Notes under the pieces: generated by a model
What the model saw: the letters and a program-made list of their open reading frames with translations, nothing else
Database searches by the model: none
Told to the model about the DNA's origin: nothing
Translations under genes and position numbers: made by a program
Origin: an uncultured Nitrospirales bacterium
Lineage (GTDB): Bacteria; UBA10199; JADGCS01
Reading direction: 5' to 3'
Assembly (NCBI GenBank): GCA_964609965.1
Contig: CAZSTS010000001.1
Coordinates: 265,318-329,317 of the forward strand
Length of the DNA stretch: 64,000 bases
Shown: piece by piece, positions 62,566-64,000 of the stretch
Numbering within the stretch: the stretch's first letter is position 1
Layout: each line of letters begins with the position of its first letter

Positions 62566-64000
62566 TCAAAAGCTCTGACCAATCGTAAAATTAAATACTA
62601 CCCCTGATTCCCCTGCCTGTTTATTGATGGGAAAACCCCATTCAAACCGCAAAGGCCCAAAGGGTGAATGCCATCGAATGCCAAAACCATAATCATATCT
62701 CAAACTTGAAAGATCGATGTTTTCTGTTTCTCCATAGGCATTCCCACCATCCATAAAACCAACCACAAAAAAACCACCTTTAGCATAGACGGGAATTTCA
62801 AGTTCAACATTAAAAAGCAACATCTTGTTTCCACCATATACAAAAGGCAAATCTCCACCTGTTACGGTTTGAGGCACACTAATCTCTGGACCAATTGAAT
62901 TAAGATCAAAACCTCGCAATGTATTCACGCCACCCAGAAAAAAACGATTAAACAAAGGAACTGTTCTATTATCTAATGAATTGATATACCCAAACATCCC
63001 ACGACCTTTGAGCACAAAATCTAGAGGTAATTTAAAATATATTCTATTGTCAGTTGTGAGTTTAAGATATTTATTAGATGCGCCTAAGTATTCCGTAGAA
63101 TATTCTGATTTGACTGAAGAATAAAAACCTTTCTTTGTCGACATTCTATTGTCTCGCCGATCGTATGTTAAAGATCCAAAAACAGCACTTGTGAGACCCG
63201 ATGAATAGTCCTGAAAAAATTGAGGCACTTGTGTAGAAAAGTTAATAACCTCAACATCATCTATCATGTAGCCAAATCTGAGATGCAGAAAATCAATGAG
63301 TTCTCTTCCAAACGAAACAGAACCACCAAAGCGATTTTGATCAAAATCTCTGTTCATTTGAGATTGAAATCTCTGAAAGGTCAGACCCAGGAACCATTTA
63401 GAATCTAGAAAATATTGATCGGACATTGACACCATAATGTCCTGTCGTAACTTAGAGATATTTGCCGAAATGCCACCTCGCCAACCACGACCAAAGAAAT
63501 TTTCTTTTTGGACTGTTGCTGTAAAAATAAAGCTTTCTAAAGTCGAAAAACCAGCCCCAACGCTAATTGTACCGGTATTTTTTTCTTTAACGTCTATAAC
63601 AATATTAACGCTATTGTCCGCTGATCCTCGAGGCGTTGATATATTGATTTCTTCAAAATACCCTAATTGATAAAGTCTGGCTCGTGATAATTCTACAGCT
63701 GACTGACTAAAATAAGAATTTTCGATAATTTTCATCTCACGACGAATGACCTTATCCCTAGTGACTTCATTACCTTTGATAATGATGCGATCAACCTTAA
63801 CCTTTGGACCTTTTTGTATGTAATAAATAACCTTTGCTGTTTTGGTTCTGTCATCAGCCTCGATGTGAGGATAAATATTAGCAAAGGCATAGGACTGATC
63901 ACCATAGATCTTTTCTAACTGTTGGAGATCTTGGATTTCTAGAGACTTTTGATAGATCTTACCCTCTGCCATATTGAGCCGGCTTCGAAGCTCTGCTGTT
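62566..64000 (-). CDS. bamA: Outer membrane protein assembly factor BamA (5' part outside the window)
   Basis: POTRA text, then beta-barrel with FFLGGVNTLRGF and terminal ...FNFTIGQSF. The frame stays open upstream of the listed Met to position 64000. Confidence 0.9.
   Translation of the reverse strand, partial: TAELRSRLNMAEGKIYQKSLEIQDLQQLEKIYGDQSYAFANIYPHIEADDRTKTAKVIYYIQKGPKVKVDRIIIKGNEVTRDKVIRREMKIIENSYFSQSAVELSRARLYQLGYFEEINISTPRGSADNSVNIVIDVKEKNTGTISVGAGFSTLESFIFTATVQKENFFGRGWRGGISANISKLRQDIMVSMSDQYFLDSKWFLGLTFQRFQSQMNRDFDQNRFGGSVSFGRELIDFLHLRFGYMIDDVEVINFSTQVPQFFQDYSSGLTSAVFGSLTYDRRDNRMSTKKGFYSSVKSEYSTEYLGASNKYLKLTTDNRIYFKLPLDFVLKGRGMFGYINSLDNRTVPLFNRFFLGGVNTLRGFDLNSIGPEISVPQTVTGGDLPFVYGGNKMLLFNVELEIPVYAKGGFFVVGFMDGGNAYGETENIDLSSLRYDYGFGIRWHSPFGPLRFEWGFPINKQAGESGVVFNFTIGQSF

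Overview
This 64-kb window comes from an AT-rich diderm bacterium (GC looks like the high 30s % by eye). BamA, Skp, lipoproteins and an L,D-transpeptidase are all present. A TIGR02147-like protein and many acidic lipoproteins hint at a Bdellovibrio-like or uncultivated lineage, but the taxon cannot be fixed from this window. Most of the roughly 55 protein genes are ordinary housekeeping: an ECF sigma factor with a putative anti-sigma partner, nusB-ribH-ribBA, rlmE, xerD, trmB, zapA, rluB, scpAB, trpS, 5-formyl-THF cyclo-ligase, ymdB-like, tyrS, M23 peptidase, PP2C phosphatase, PmbA/TldD, clpS-clpA, a threonine cluster (thrC), a Na/Pi transporter, yicC, skp and bamA. RNA elements are one tRNA (CAU anticodon), a clear cobalamin riboswitch and a candidate 6S RNA upstream of the cyclo-ligase gene.

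The most unusual content is a dispersed set of visibly GC-richer genes of unknown function:
- Three tandem paralogues (40.5-44.4 kb) fuse an unrecognisable ~175-aa N-domain to an RNA polymerase alpha C-terminal domain (alpha-CTD). There is no alpha N-terminal domain and no rpoA operon context. One copy is split at a canonical A_AAA_AAC -1 slippery heptamer, and the array is interrupted by a vapBC-like toxin-antitoxin pair.
- A fourth, degenerate alpha-CTD-like gene lies at 50.0 kb.
- A divergently transcribed two-TM protein lies at 39.3-40.2 kb.
- A 550-aa protein with a ComF-like phosphoribosyltransferase C-terminus lies at 25.9-27.5 kb.
- These loci share a 16-bp palindrome, GGRCAC-N4-GTGYCC, in their upstream regions.

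Other notable items are a B12 riboswitch controlling two lipoproteins with no canonical Btu transporter, a 29-bp duplication of the tRNA 5' part bracketing a 208-bp GC-rich insert, pervasive 7/8-nt phased pseudo-repeats abutting stop codons, and GC-rich REP-like hairpins, one of which is embedded in a coding region.
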